DNA from: Chrysomallon squamiferum
Taxonomy: Eukaryota > Animalia > Mollusca
Length of the DNA stretch: 64,000 bases
NCBI GenBank assembly: GCA_012295275.1
Contig: CM022675.1
Coordinates: forward strand, 5,084,001-5,148,000
Direction of reading: 5' to 3'
The stretch's first letter is position 1. Every line of letters begins with the position of its first letter. Below the pieces are notes generated by a model. It was not told the DNA's origin, searched no databases, and was given only the letters and a program-made list of their open reading frames with translations. Position numbers and translations under genes: made by a program. Below are positions 1-17,699 of this stretch, piece by piece.

Positions 1-229
1 ACTAACAAACCTAATATCCAATTTGTCACATTCTACAAATTATATGAGAGGAAAACATGCCGGAATTGAAACCCTGTTGAGAGAAAAGGTTCCCCATCTG
101 TGTGACATTGATGGTGATATCTGTCACCACATACACAACAGTGTTCAGAAATTCTGTGTTCATCTTGGGCATGTAGTTGAATGACTTGCACATGGATTTT
201 AAGTGGAGCCCAGATATACGCGAGTCATT

Positions 230-1559
230 CCAAGAGGTATGCTTCATTCTTGGAATAAGCTACACAATGCTTGCCGAATAAGTTGCACATCAGTGGCTAT
301 GTGTATATGACAAAGAACTTGCCAATGCTGAATGCATTCCGATTCATCTATTTTGACTGAGTACCTACCAGTGGTGGTCTGAAATGTGCTTACACACCAG
401 TTGTTGCAAACTCCTTTCAAAAGTCTCCATGAAAGGATCTATAGCATCATAAACAATATGAAGCACAAGAAGATGAAACAGGTTGGAAAAAGCCACAAGG
501 AAAGAATTGTGACCAGGGTACTCTATAAATATGAACAAATATGAACTTAAATTTATACTCAGCCCTACTGCCCATGTTCAAATCTATGATCCTCATGTTT
601 GAACTAAAGCAACGGATGATACATAGGTTACATGATGAGATGGTTCACCTCTTCCATCACTTCTTAGCATGTTTCCTGTGGCATGAGGTCCTCAGAGATA
701 CTAATTTCAAACAGTTGAAGAGAATTGATGTAGAAGATGAGGCAAATCACCTTCCCATCCAGTCCATATTCACTGGATCAGCCACACAGTCCATTGTTGA
801 TGAAGTGAAGAAGAAACCTATCCAAAGAAAGGAGGCTGTTGAATTCATGGAAACAGAGAAGAAAACACTTACAGTCTCCTCTAAATACATGCAGCAGAAG
901 CTCCACTTGGAGAATGTATTGGAAAATTCAGGGACAATCCATGGCATGTGGTGCATTGACAAAATTGAAGGACTTCATGCCCACTGTGTTGGAGGCATCT
1001 CATTTGCAAGTAGATCAAGACCTACCACCAGCAGAAGTTGATGGAAAGCCTGTTCAGTTAGACCATTGGTGGGTTAAAATGCTTGGGAGGTATCCCATAT
1101 TGGCTAAAGTAGTCAAGGCATGTCTAAGCATTTTTACAGGACCCCATATTGAACAATCGTTCAGTCAGATGAATGACATTGTCAAAAAGAAGTCAAACCC
1201 TTTTAGAAATGGCCAGCTACTCTGCAATGCAGAGTGTCTGATATGATTTTCTGCCAGGCATACCAGCTCCATCCAGGCATTCCATCCCGATGACATTCTC
1301 AGAATCCTGCATGGTTTACACTAAAACTGTTGTTGCTAGGTACAAGAACAAGTTTGAACAAGCTAAGCTGGAGCTTGAACAAAAAGCCAAAAGGCTCAAG
1401 TTGAACCACAAGGCAAAACAAGTGAACAGAAGTGTAGGTGGTAAAACAACCTTGGTGCACAGAGCTGCTGAACAAATCAAAAACTATTTAAAAAATAAAA
1501 AATCAACCCACCAGCGACAGCTTAGTGGTTCCCTAAGTTTTATAAAAATATTTTCCTGA
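230..1559 (+). mobile_element. Degenerate hAT-superfamily transposase remnant (frameshifted, C-terminal part); 5' boundary approximate
   Basis: Overlapping broken ORFs 541-1041, 839-1246 and 1290-1559. Segment LDHWWVKMLGRYPILAKVVKACLSIFTGPHIEQSFSQMNDIV matches the hAT C-terminal dimerisation pattern (WW...YP.L...A...LS......ERxFS). No TIRs identified. Confidence 0.7.
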
Positions 1560-1649
1560 TTTGTTTTGTTAGGCTGTTCTCATCTGTGCCAGTGCATCAT
1601 GAAATGTAGAGACCCTGTATCAGCATCACACAAATCCAGGCCATTTTCC

Positions 1650-1776
1650 AGAGAAGGGATACAAGAGAGTAACGAAACATCATCCAAGCAACGGTCTGGT
1701 GTCAGGTAATGTCAGGCCTGTGTTAGAATGTTTTCAGAAACCTCTTAACAGTGGCAAGGTATGTTTAGGGATGGTT

Positions 1777-1807
<31 letters not shown>

Positions 1808-2525
1808 AATATTGCATGAATGATAATATTGCCAAAAAATACCATTTATCATAAAAAAAAAGATAATAAAGTATCATGTTCATGTTGGAATTACCAAAAG
1901 CTTTGTTTACCATTCATGTTAAATATTTTATGTAGGTCATGGCAGTATTGTTCAGTTGCTGTCTAGAAAGGGAATTTACGTTTATGGAGAAGGATGAATC
2001 AGCTGTACAGACACTGCAGACTGCACAATTCCAAGCTGTAAGTTTTTATCTTAGTTTTATTTCTCAGCAAGTAAAATAAGTTTTATAGTACATCTCTTTA
2101 GTGATTGTAAAATAATAGCATAATGATAATCATTTATTTTCTATTGTTTTGTTAATTATTTAAATTATTAATATTACCATCATTATCATTATAATGATTA
2201 TACAAAATATATCAAAAATATCCCACACCTGTTTTTGTCTGAATAATCCTGTAACTGGTACCACTAAAATTTAAATTTTAATAATAACAGAAACATTAGT
2301 TATTTATTTATAACATTTATTATTTTTATTATTTTATTTGTATTTTTTTTTTCTCATACAGCTCTGATTGATGTGGCTAGTGAAGTTGTTTCAGTAGAAG
2401 ATGCTGTCCAGCACTGAGGAACAAGTTTGTACTGCTGCCACTGGAAAAGAGAGAAACAAAACTGAACAGTGAATTTGAGTTTGTAACATACATTAGAATC
2501 TTGTATAATAACTGGATGTTTTTTT

Positions 2526-2556
<31 letters not shown>

Positions 2557-5500
2557 TTCTCTCTCTCAAACACACACACACACACACATCACACATACAC
2601 AACACTTCCTTTCATATAAACCTCATTAAAAAAAGAACATTATTTTAAAATATTTTACTTTCCTGTTACCAGATGGAACTGCCAGCCTTCACACAGCGTC
2701 ACTGTTCCTGTGATGACAGACACACTAAAATACACTGGAGATGGATGTACTGTAGCTGTTGTCTATATTTATGTTGACCACAGTCTCTCAATTTTCGTGG
2801 CTGGTTTAATAACACAATTTTTGTAAGTAAAATAATGAATCAGGTGGTAATTTTAAAATATATGAATCTTAATAACTAGTTAATCAACATAATTCATATA
2901 ATATTAGGTCTGGTTTTCTTTTTGGGGCTTTGATATAAATATTTTGCTCTCTCTCTCTCTCTCTCTCTCTGACAGATGCATATATAACTACAAAGGTAAA
3001 TAAAAAAAAGACTGTTGTTTTTCAGAAACTGCTCTGTCCACAAGAACAGCTAATTTAGTGAATCACCACAGGGTAGAAATGTCATCAAAGAATATGGCAG
3101 AACAGGAGGATCTATAGAGGTTGTTGTTATAGTAGTAGTATTAGTCATTGCCATTGTTGTAGTAATGTAGTTGTTACAGCAATAATAATACTACTTGTAT
3201 AGAATTGATCATGGTGATGTTTTAACTGATGATGTTGTCTCCATAGCTTTGTAATAGTAATGTGTCTGGTGAGACTCATGGTGATTAAAATAAGCTGTTT
3301 GTACTCAAATTACAGGTTGTAGTGGTGGTGGTAGTAGTAGTAGTAGCAGTACTAATAGTAGTTGATTTTAGAGAAATTGTTATGATAAACAAGAAGAGTA
3401 GTGTAACAGCAATGATAGTAGTAGTAACAGTAGTCATAGTTGTTGTTGTAGTAATTATAATAATATTAGTATAAAGAAATACAGGCATAGGACTAATAGT
3501 GAAGACGGTAAAAATATCAATTTTTATTATTAATGGATAGTAATTTTAGTAATAGGAGTATTATTTTAATAACAGTAACCCTAGTTGAATAAGGAATAAT
3601 AGTAAATTTTAGTTATAGTAATGATGGCAATAAAAGTAGCATGTATTCTTGCAATAAATGTGTAGTGCACCCACCAATGTGACTCTGACTCAGAGTTGTT
3701 GAAAGTTCTGCTGATGAAGAGCTCAATTTTGGTGACCTGGACATTGAAGCTGACCACGTCAGACTACAACAATTCTTAAGTTGGAGAGTCTTACACCAGT
3801 CACCAGTCTTAACAGTCAAATATCAGGAGAAAAAACTTGAAAGACTTGCTAGAACCAGGCAAAGAAAATCATTAAAATGAAATCACTTGACTGATGACTG
3901 TGATGGCTGTGTGTGACAGTGGCAAAGACAAAATCCTGGAAGTTGAGCAGCAGGTGACTTAGTTTACTTCCATTAGCATTGTTTTATTTCTTTTTACCTT
4001 ATATTTGTTCTAGGAGTAATCAAAAAAGTTTTGTTTTTAACAAAAATTACAAGAACTACATGGCTTAAGGAATGCTGTTGAGGTATGTGTGAAATCAGTT
4101 CATAAAGAAAAGCTATATCAATTTTGTTGAAGGTGTTTCTCAATGAAAAATTGTTCTTTAGCTTTAATTATGTGATTGAAATTCATCATTATTTTAGACA
4201 TATTTGTTATTTCTCTAACTAAAATATATTTAATTTTTAATTTTATTTTTAATATTTACTTTATTTTATATGTTTATTTTGTAAAATAATGGGATTCAAA
4301 ATTTCTATGCATGTATATCATAACATTTAAATTAATAGCAGATATAGAACTGACCTCCATTAAAGAATCTACTAGCTGAAGTAATTAGTTTAGATATTGG
4401 ATTAAAAGCCTTTCTTTAATTTTTATTTATGAATTTGTTTTTCTTTTTTTCTCTATGAGATATACTCCTGTCACAGTTTTAGGCTCATCATAAATAATTA
4501 TTAGTTGCCAGGAAGTCAATAAAACAGTGACCTGTTCTGAAGTAAGTGGTCTGGTTATGTTTTATAATAATAAATAATGTGTTTAAGTACGTATGTTCTG
4601 TTTGGGTGATTAGGATGTTAAAAAGATGATGGGTTAATTGCCCCAAAAATTGTATTTGGGCAACCTTTTTTTTTTCTTCTATATGTTTTAAAACAAGAGC
4701 CACTAATAATAATTTTATGGGAAATATTTATTTCACAGAGTGTTAGATAAATGGTAGAATTCTCTTTATTTTGTTCTCTGTAATGCACGCCTATAAAAAT
4801 TATATTTTTAATCAAGGTTTTAACTCATTAATTGTTGTGTTTGTTGCAGGCAAAGCATTTACCTTTTTAAAAGTTATTTTAATATCTGAATGTTACCATC
4901 ATATCCAGATAAATAAAGTCAGTATTAAAACATTGTTAAAAAATAATTCAATGATAATTTACAAATAATTTTCCATGACTGAAATTTTTCTTCCCAAAGA
5001 TTTTATTGTGCAAATTAATCAAATGCTCCTAGCCTGGAATAGGCAAAAAAAAATAGACATTTAACTAATGTACATTAAGATATAGAATGATAAATTTGAT
5101 GCTTACTTTGTATTTATTATTATTTTTTTTAATTATTTTATTAGTTTTTCTTTCTGTATTTGTTTATTTAGACAAAAAAATGGACCATACAAAATCTACA
5201 AATTGCCGGAAACTGAGTCATACATCAAACCAGATAGTTGTCTAAATACCACCAGCACAAATTTTGGATCCTCTGATGTCCAGCATTTCAGAGGATTTTC
5301 TTGACCAGCTTGGGTTAAAGACACAGGAAGACCTTTCAGGTAACTCAGATACAACACAGATCAGTAGATTTTATACTTAAAGATCTGAAGGTATAAAGGA
5401 ATTTTTTGTGGTTTGAATTAATTTTTTCATAACATTTCAAAATGTTAAATATTTGTAATTAATTGGAATTCTCTTGATCTTTTGGGATTAAAAGATTATT

Positions 5501-6705
5501 ATTCTGGATAAATTTATTGTTGTAGCCAGATTATTAACTTACATTTTTAATCAAATCTAAAATTAGGTGTATCTAATCAGTTCTAAGTGTTCCAAAAAAG
5601 TAATGCAGCTTGTAATCAAAATGACTGAATTCACATACCTAGTGGAGAGTGACATTAACACTTTGTTATTAGAACTGAAAAGCTTTAGTATCTATTAATA
5701 AACTAATAATTGACAGAACTTATCATTTAGTTATTTAACTAAAATGCCTGTCATTTTTATAGGCTGGTGACAATGAATTCTTTTCAATTTACAGGTGGAA
5801 ACTGTCAAGTCCATGTCAGATTGTGTATTTCTTTTAAACACTTGGTCAAAGACAGAGTTTTTTCAGATCTCACTCTCTCCCTTACAGTACAAGGCAGGTC
5901 AGTGCTGAAGATTCAGAGGAGAATTCACAATTTTATGGATTTCAGCTTTGAGAAATATTAGTGGTATTTGTATTATTATTATTATTACATTTTCATGTTA
6001 TGTTTGTATTGCTTAAATTTAAAATATATTGATCTAATCAGTGCATTCTTCTTGTTTACTATTAGAAAATCATTCATAAAGAAATATTTTCACATATTTT
6101 TATGAATTTAATTATAAAAAACATGTTTTTTTTTTTTAAATTGACCAGAATGTAAAATGTATATTGATACTTTTTTATAGATATATATTTTTTGTTTAAA
6201 TTATTTGTGATTTATTATTAAAATCTATTACAATAAGAGAGACATGATGTTTATTTATAATAATTTCTTTCTAACATTACAGACAATTAAACACAATGTC
6301 ATGACTAATGACAGTGCAAAAGCTATGTGTGTTTCTACATTACAACTTATAGAAGAAATGAAAATATGTGGAGCAATGATATTTAAACAGATGAGGTATC
6401 TACTGATATGGAACAATTATTATTCACAAAAGATGGATTTTTTTTTTCCAAAGCAGTTTCAGACAAAATTTGACAGTACACATCAGTGTTGATTGATTAT
6501 TCTCCAATAGTGGAGCAATGATATTTACAGATAGGCAAGAAGCAGGTTCCAGCTTAATGTTGTTTTCATAGACAATATTAGCAAGTTTAGAGCAACTGTA
6601 AGTGATTCAAAGGTATGGAGAGAAGATTGACAGAGATATGAGTCTGACTGGCTGATGGGAGGTTAACAGGTAAAGAGATAAACAGGAAGATACACAGAAA
6701 GAAAG
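1650..6705 (+). repeat. Degenerate segmental duplicate, copy 1 (paralogous to ~24880-27760)
   Basis: Shared blocks: gtgtca(g/a)gtaat..gtcaggcctgtgttaga (1700/24925); 2100-2500 vs 24980-25440; 5690-6300 vs 26880-27465; 6620-6705 vs 27670-27760. Confidence 0.8.
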
Positions 6706-6989
6706 AGAGAGATGTTGATAGACTGATAGACAGTTAGATCAGTAGAAGTTAACAAATGAATTCATAGATGTAGATGAATTTAGGCAGATAGTTAAACATG
6801 TCAGTGTCTATCTATCTATTCTGTGTTTTCTTCTTTCTGTCATGTGTGTTTGTGTGCCAGGCTGAGAGTGTAGACATACAGTAAAATACATAGGTTGTAA
6901 TGTAGCTATCTAGACATAGTTAGTTATGTATGTAGGTAGTTTGACAGGGAATTAGATATATGATTGATGGATGGTTATTGATCTGTCAT

Positions 6990-7330
6990 AATGTGGATAG
7001 ATAAACAAATAGGTATGTAGGTCAGTACTTCAGTATGTTGATATGCAGATATATGTAGATAGTTAACTAATAGATATCAGACACACAGAGGGACAGATAG
7101 GTAGGTAGGTAGTAGTAGTCAGTAGGTTGATATGAAGATATATGTAGATAGTTAACTAATAGATATCAAACACAGAGAGGGACAGGTAGGTAGGTCAGTA
7201 GTTCAGTAGGTTGATATGCAGATATATGTAGATAGTTAACTAATAGATATCAGACACAGAGAGGGACAGATAGGTAGGTAGGTCAGTAGTTCAGTAGGTT
7301 GATATGTAGATATATGTAGAGAGTTATGTA
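6990..7330. repeat. Minisatellite, ~75-85 bp unit, ~3.5 copies
   Basis: Repeated gatatatgtagatagttaactaatagatatcagacacagagagggacagataggtaggtaggtcagtagttcagtaggtt. Confidence 0.8.
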
Positions 7331-7378
7331 GCAGACAGACAGATAGGTGTAGGCAGGTATGATGGTAATGTGGAAGAC

Positions 7379-10962
<3,584 letters not shown>

Positions 10963-11335
10963 AATTACACTTTTAAACACCTGAATTGATGTTACATTCC
11001 GCGCTCTAGAAATCATTATATCTGTGAAATTTAAATGTGTCAGTATGAAATGGCAGAAAAACAGTATTTATATGTAATTGAAATTTTTATGCTACATTTT
11101 TACAGTGAAATGAAATTTTCATGAAAACGTACAATCTTAGTCGTAGTGAAACCCAAATCTCTCTTTCTCTAATTATAATAAATAATATATACAAATTTTC
11201 ACGTATCAAAATGGAATGTCGTAATAAATTTAAATTCTTATTTTTATTCTGAATAGTATGAATGAATAAATATTAAGTTTTTAGTAAAGAAACATTTTAA
11301 ATATATGAAATAAACTAAGAATGCACAAATAGAGA

Positions 11336-11379
<44 letters not shown>

Positions 11380-12349
11380 ATAATAATAATAATAATTAGT
11401 CAATTTCATAGTCAAAGTAGTCTAAGGCAAATAACTGTTGTCCATTATTAATAGGAATGAATATAACGATGATAATGGATAACAACATTAACAACAACAA
11501 AACAAATTTTGAAAAAGGAAATAAAAAAAAAATGATGTATTTTGTAATTTAGATTTCTGTTTCATTTAATTCATTTAGTTAAGTGCTAAAGAAATGATAT
11601 GAAATTAAATTTTAAGAATATATATTAAATTATTAAATAATTGTTTGATAATTTTGATAATAATATTAAACGAAAAATAACAAATAGTGGCATAATGAAT
11701 CAATAATACATTTTTTATTACATTAAATATTTTCACAAACTTTGATGAATCTTCTATTCACATATTTCCACAAATTGATTTCATATCAAGTAATTCTGAT
11801 AAACCCTTTTTTAATGTAAGAAAGGGGAGATAACTCCATCCGAGAAAGTATTCGTTTTTTCATATTAAAGGAAAATAACTCTATTTGTGAATATATTCGC
11901 TGGTAACTATTATTAAGAAATATTTTATTGTTTATTATATTTAATATAACAAATATTCATTTGTTTCTCCTTTTACCATCGGACAAAAGCATAATGTAGA
12001 AAACAATTCTTGTATTTTTAAGTTCTCACTATCCTTATCATATTTCAAGTTCAGAGTTATATCAAAATATAAATTTTCTTTTTGTAAATTTTAGATTTCA
12101 ACAAATTAGATATTTTCAACATTGAATTATTATTATTAATATAAAAAGATGTTATTTACCTTTTAGATATTGATATATTAATATAACAAAAAAAGAATAT
12201 CCTATAAATATTTCCATCTGATCTATAATTTTAATGTAAAAAGCATTCATTATTTAAAATGCTTATCAAATGATTAAGCAGTGTCCACTAATTAAATTCA
12301 ATTAAATTATTGGATTCCATTGGTTGAAAATATACCTGAACATTAATCA

Positions 12350-13560
12350 CAAGCGAATATATTGATATATAGAGTTATCTCCCTTAACATGAAAACGAAT
12401 AACCTCTCGGATAGAGTTATGTCCCCTTTGTTACATTTTTCTCCTTGATTATTCAGGTTAAAACGAACATATTCCTATATAGAGTTATCTCCCTTTAACA
12501 TGAAAATTCAGGTTAAAACGAATATATTCCTATATAGATTTATCTCCCCTTTAACATTATTCAGGTTAAAACGAATTTATCTCCCTTTAACATGAAAACG
12601 AATAACCTCTCGGATAGAGTTATGTCCCCCTTTGTTACATTTTTTCTCCTTGATTATTCAGGTTAAAACGAACATATTCCTATATAGATTTATCTCCCTT
12701 TAACATGAAAACGAATAACCTCTCGGATAGAGGTATCTCCCCTTTGTTACATTTTTCTCCTTGATTATTCAGGTTAAAACGAACATATTCCTATATAGAG
12801 TTATGTCCCCTTTGTTACATTTTTCTCCTTGATTATTCAAACGAACGAACATATTCTCTATAGAGTTATGTCCCCTTTGTTACATTTTTCTCCTTGATTA
12901 TTCAGGTTAAAACGAACATATTCCTATATAGAGTTATCTCCCTTTAACATGAAAACGAATAACCTCTCGGATAGAGTTATGTCCCCTTTGTTACATTTTT
13001 CTCCTTGATTATTCAGGTTAAAACGAACATATTCCTATATAGAGTTATGTCCCCTTTGTTACATTTTTCTCCTTGATTATTCAGGTTAAAACGAACATAT
13101 TCCTATATAGAGTTATGTCCCCTTTGTTACATTTTTCTCCTTGATTATTCAGGTTAAAACGAACATATTCCTATATAGAGTTATGTCCCCTTTGTTACAT
13201 TTTTCTCCTTGATTATTCAGGTTAAAACGAACATATTCCTATATAGAGTTATCTCCCTTTAACATGAAAACGAATATTTCTCCTTAGATTATTCAGGTTA
13301 AAACTCCTTGATTATTCAGGTTAAAACGAACATATTCCTATATAGAGTTATCTCCCTTTAACATGAAAACGAATATCCTCTCGGATAGAGTTATGTCCCC
13401 TTTATTCCTATATAGAGTTATGTCCCCTTTGTTACACATTTTTCTCCTTGATTATTCAGGTTAAAACGAACATATTCCTATATAGATTTATCTCCCCTTT
13501 GTTACATTTTTCTTTTGATTATTCAGGTTAAAACGAACATATTCCTATATAGAGTTATCT
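12350..13560. repeat. Satellite-like array, 68-bp unit interleaved with a ~43-bp variant, core AGAGTTAT(C/G)TCCC
   Basis: agagttatgtcccctttgttacatttttctccttgattattcaggttaaaacgaacatattcctatat recurs at 13041, 13109 and 13177 (period 68). The variant unit is gagttatctccctttaacatgaaaacgaataacctctcggata. Confidence 0.95.
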
Positions 13561-13727
13561 GATAAACCCTTTTATAATATAAGAAATAATAACCTATATA
13601 GAGATTTACGTCATCCAAGAAAGTATTCGTTTTTTCATTTAAAGGAAATAACTCTATTTAGATTTATCTCCCTAACTATTTGTGAATATATTCGCTGGTA
13701 ACTATTATTAAGACATTTTTATTCAAT

Positions 13728-15420
13728 ATAGAAGATTGTAACAGCAGAACAATAATAAAAAAAAAATTTTTAAGAAATAAAAACGCATGGCCCCTACCCC
13801 CCTGCCCTAGTACCCCACCCTCACAGCTTGTGAAGGTACTGAACCAAGTTCAAACTTTAATGTTTCTTGTAAGCATGTTCATATGTGTGAGATCGTGGGA
13901 TTGAATCTCGGCGTTTTTGGAGACATCAGCAGTACTTTTGGAATCCGATGGAATCCGATTCCAGATTCATCTTCGAAATATTGTGGAAACATCACTTTCT
14001 TTATATATAACATGGGTCATACCCCGTGATGTGTCACCAGAGGTGGGAGGAGTTTACTCGGCGAAGTAAAGGCTATATTGATTACAGTTTAGTGATATGT
14101 GCTCACAAACATAGATTAGAGTTAGGTCCCTTACATGAGATGTACTCAGTAAACAAATTAAAAATTATATCGATTAGACTTATCTCCCTTTAGTGATATG
14201 TGTTCACAAACATAGATTAGAGTTAGGTCCCTTACGTGAGATGTACTCACTAAGCAAAGTAAAAATTATATCGATTAGTTATCTCCCTTTAGTGATATAT
14301 GTTCACAAACAGTTATGTCCCTTACGTGAGATGTACTCACTAAGGAAAGTGGAAATTATATCGATTAGAGTTATCTTGAAAAATGAAATAAAAAAGAATA
14401 ATGATGTAGTTTCTAATTTAGATTTCTGTTTCATTTAATTCATTTAGTTAAGTGCTAAAGAAATGCTATTTAATTATTCAGCGAAGTTAAGAAAAAATAA
14501 TTCTAATAAAAACATTATTCACATAATAGAAGATTGTAACAGCAGAACAATAAAAAAAAAGTTTAAGAAATAAAAACGCATGGCCCCTGCCCCCCTGCCC
14601 TAGTACCCCACCCTCACACAGCTTGTGAAGGTACAGAACCAAGTTGAAACTATAATGTTTCTTGTAAGCATGTTCATGTGCGTGAGATCGTGGGATTGAA
14701 TCTCAGCGTTTTTGGAGACATCAGCAGTACTTTCCGATTCCAGATTCATCTACGAAATATTGTGGAAACATCACTTTCTTTATACAGGGTGGCCCAGATG
14801 TAACCGAACCCGAAAGCTCAATCGATGATCACTGATTTCAAGTCTGCTTCACGGAAATGTGCAAAAAAAGTAACAGAATCAACCATTGAACGATGTCATC
14901 ACTGTATTACAAATAATGGTTTGCATTTTGAACATTTGCTGTAACTATATGAAATCAAATTTGTTTCATTTAACTGTAACTTTTCATAACAATTCAGGTT
15001 CGGTTACATCTGGGCCACCCTGTATATAACATGGGTCATACCCCGTGATGTGTCACCAGAGGTGGGAGGAGTTTACTCGGCGAAGTAAAGGCTATATTGA
15101 TTACAGTTTAGTGATATGTGCTCACAAACATAGATTAGAGTTAGGTCCCTTACATGAGATGTACTCAGTAAACAAATTAAAAATTATATCGATTAGACTT
15201 ATCTCCCTTTAGTGATATGTGTTCACAAACATAGATTAGAGTTATGTCCCTTATGTGAGATGTACTCACTAAGCAAAGTGAAAATTGTATCGATTACAGT
15301 TATCTCCCTTACGTGACATGTACTCACTAAATAAAGTAAAAATTATATCGATTAGAGTTATCTCCCTTTAGTGATATGTGCTCGCAACTTTAGCCTTACG
15401 TGAGATGTACTCACTAGCTT
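13728..15420. repeat. Tandem duplication (~13728-14375 and ~14527-15420), each with internal subrepeats of up to ~100 bp
   Basis: Both copies begin tagaagattgtaacagcagaacaataa and share catggcccct..., gggtcataccccgtgatgtgtcaccagaggtgggagg and gagatgtactcac subrepeats. Confidence 0.9.
14785..15022. mobile_element. Tc1/mariner-type MITE (238 bp) with TA target duplication
   Basis: TIR cagggtggcccagatgtaaccgaacc / ggttcggttacatctgggccaccctg, flanked by TA. The paralogous empty site is at ~14001 (ctttctttatatataacatggg). Confidence 0.92.
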
Positions 15421-16244
15421 ACGCTAATTATCCATATGGGATAAATGGATTATCCATATGGGATAAATGGAATCTCGAAAAATGTCGGGGTAGGGCGGGA
15501 GGGCATGTGTTCAACTCACCTTTTCTGTCCGGGACCCTAAGCTCACCCGTTTTTATCCTATCCACCCCCCCCTGCCCTAGTCACCCACACACCGACTGTC
15601 TGTCCTGCATATGGATGGAGCTACTGATAAACAGGCTGAAGTTTGTACAAGCACTAGGGGCTTTTAAGATTAAACTGGTAATTAAATATTAAAAAAAGTA
15701 ATATTGTTTTTGTTTACCGACTGAAAATATAGAAACTTATCTATTGATCATATATTGCAATTACTGATAGTGACTTCAGGATCTATCTGATCTATCTATC
15801 TATCCGTGCATACACGTGCATACACATACATACACATGCACGCATGCACTTACACACTGTCTGATAGAGGTAAGCTTCTGAAAATCGACTGAATATTGAC
15901 GAGTATAAATAAAATATATATGAATCCATGATGTGTGTTTACATTGGTGTGTGTTGGTGCACACATTTGCATACAAAAACACACATACACAACAAACACA
16001 TAAATTAAGCTATGCATTTCTTTATTTATTTTTTATTTGTTTTTCATCCATTTTCCAATCCAGTGCCTCCTGCAAGCATTATTAGAGATTTTAAAAATGA
16101 TTTTTGTAATATGATTTTAAATAATTACATATATTTATCTTGTCAATCAATTTATATTTGTTAAACAGTTTACACAAATACTTTGAGGTGTAAATAATGT
16201 TTATCAATATTCTGCCTTATAACATGATTAGTATAACATTAATT

Positions 16245-17155
16245 CAGTGATTCTCAACCAGTGTGCTACGGCGCACAGGTGTGCCACGAGATCTTCCTAT
16301 GTGTGCCGCAAAATTTTGAACGGCACACTAAGAAAATGCGAAAAACCACGTGATCCCAAAATAAAACAAACAGTAGAATGCAAGCTAAAAACGAAAATAT
16401 TCTCACTTCAACAGACAAGTTAGTTGCCCTCAAAAAGAAAATAGTGATTTGGGAAAAAAAGAGCAATCACTGTCAACCTTTATATGTTCCCTTTATTGCG
16501 TTCTACCTGCATTAGAGAAGTGATCCCTATTGTGTTTACTCATCTGACAGCCCTGGACGAAAGCATCAACAATAACTTTCCGTCATTAAAGACAGAAAAG
16601 TATGATTGGATTAGAGATCCTTTCATAAATCATTCTTCCAACATTGAACTTGAGTTACAGGAAGAAGAAGAATTGGCCGCCCTTTCTAATGACCTTAAAA
16701 TTAAAACATTCGACTCTGCCCATTGATTCATTTTGGATTTCAATACAAGAGGTGTATCCCATATTATGTAAAAGAGTTTTAGCAATTTTATTACAATTTT
16801 CAACTTATTATATATGTGAATTAGGCAACATCAAAAACATGAAGCACGAGATATTACTACAACGAAAAATGACCAAACACTGACCAAACACTGAGGAAAT
16901 TATGAAAAAAAAAGCCAGGCACAAATTTCTCACTAAAAAAGCCAGCTATTTGACTGATAACATTCGAAACACTGCAATAAAGTATAGCTGTGTTTTTCTT
17001 TATTTAGTTTGAGTTATTCTATGTGTCTATGACTAGTCTGTGTGTACGGTTGTATGCCGTCTATGACTTGCCATGTTTTTATTTTGCAAAATTCAAATAT
17101 TTTTCATATATATTTAGCCAGGTGTGCCGTTGGCAAAAAAAATTGAGAACCACTG
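16245..17155 (+). mobile_element. Non-autonomous hAT (Buster/Charlie-type) DNA transposon, 911 bp, internally deleted
   Basis: TIRs cagtgattctcaa / ttgagaaccactg and a perfect 8-bp TSD CATTAATT (16237-16244, 17156-17163) with central TA. Internal transposase remnants KYDWIRDPF and FWISIQEVYPILCKRVLAILLQFSTYYICELG. Confidence 0.93.
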
Positions 17156-17312
17156 CATTAATTCATAGATAATTTTGCATATCTGATCAATAACCTGTCT
17201 TAAAGATATTTAAGAATATTTAATATTCAAGCGCAATTAAAGAATATTTAATTCATTTTTAATATATTTATTTTTATATTAATTTATTTATTCTTTAATT
17301 TCACGCTTATAG

Positions 17313-17465
17313 TTGATGGTGCCTGGTCTGCATGGACACTTCAGAGACTGGGTAGTTGTAGTGAAACATGTGGTAGAGGCACTAGAATAAGATTTGAGAT
17401 ACGAACATGCACAGATACGAAGAGGAATCTTCAAGAAGCATGTGAAACAAATGTCTTATGTCCAG
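17313..17465 (+). CDS. Internal exon encoding a thrombospondin type-1 (TSP1) repeat
   Basis: ttatag acceptor, gtaaca donor, 153 bp, phase 1-1, open: (V)DGAWSAWTLQRLGSCSETCGRGTRIRFEIRTCTDTKRNLQEACETNVLCP. Contains the WSxW and CSxTCGxG.R.R motifs. Confidence 0.88.
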
Positions 17466-17699
17466 GTAACAAGCAATAATTATACTTCTCTGCCTACAAA
17501 AGTGAAAAATGACTCAAATAATATTAAGGATTTCTCTTAAAAAAAAAAAAAAAAAAAAAAAAACAAAACATTCAGTTGTTAATGATTTAGTGGAACTTTA
17601 TGGCTAATGAATTACATTAGGTATATTGATAACCACAACAGTAAAGCATTAAACAGCACATTTCTAAAGTTATAAAGCATGTTTTATATTCCATTTATA

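Noticed and set aside
12350-13560. Regular repeats resembling a CRISPR array
   Set aside because: No unique spacers, no cas genes, eukaryotic context; it is a tandem satellite.
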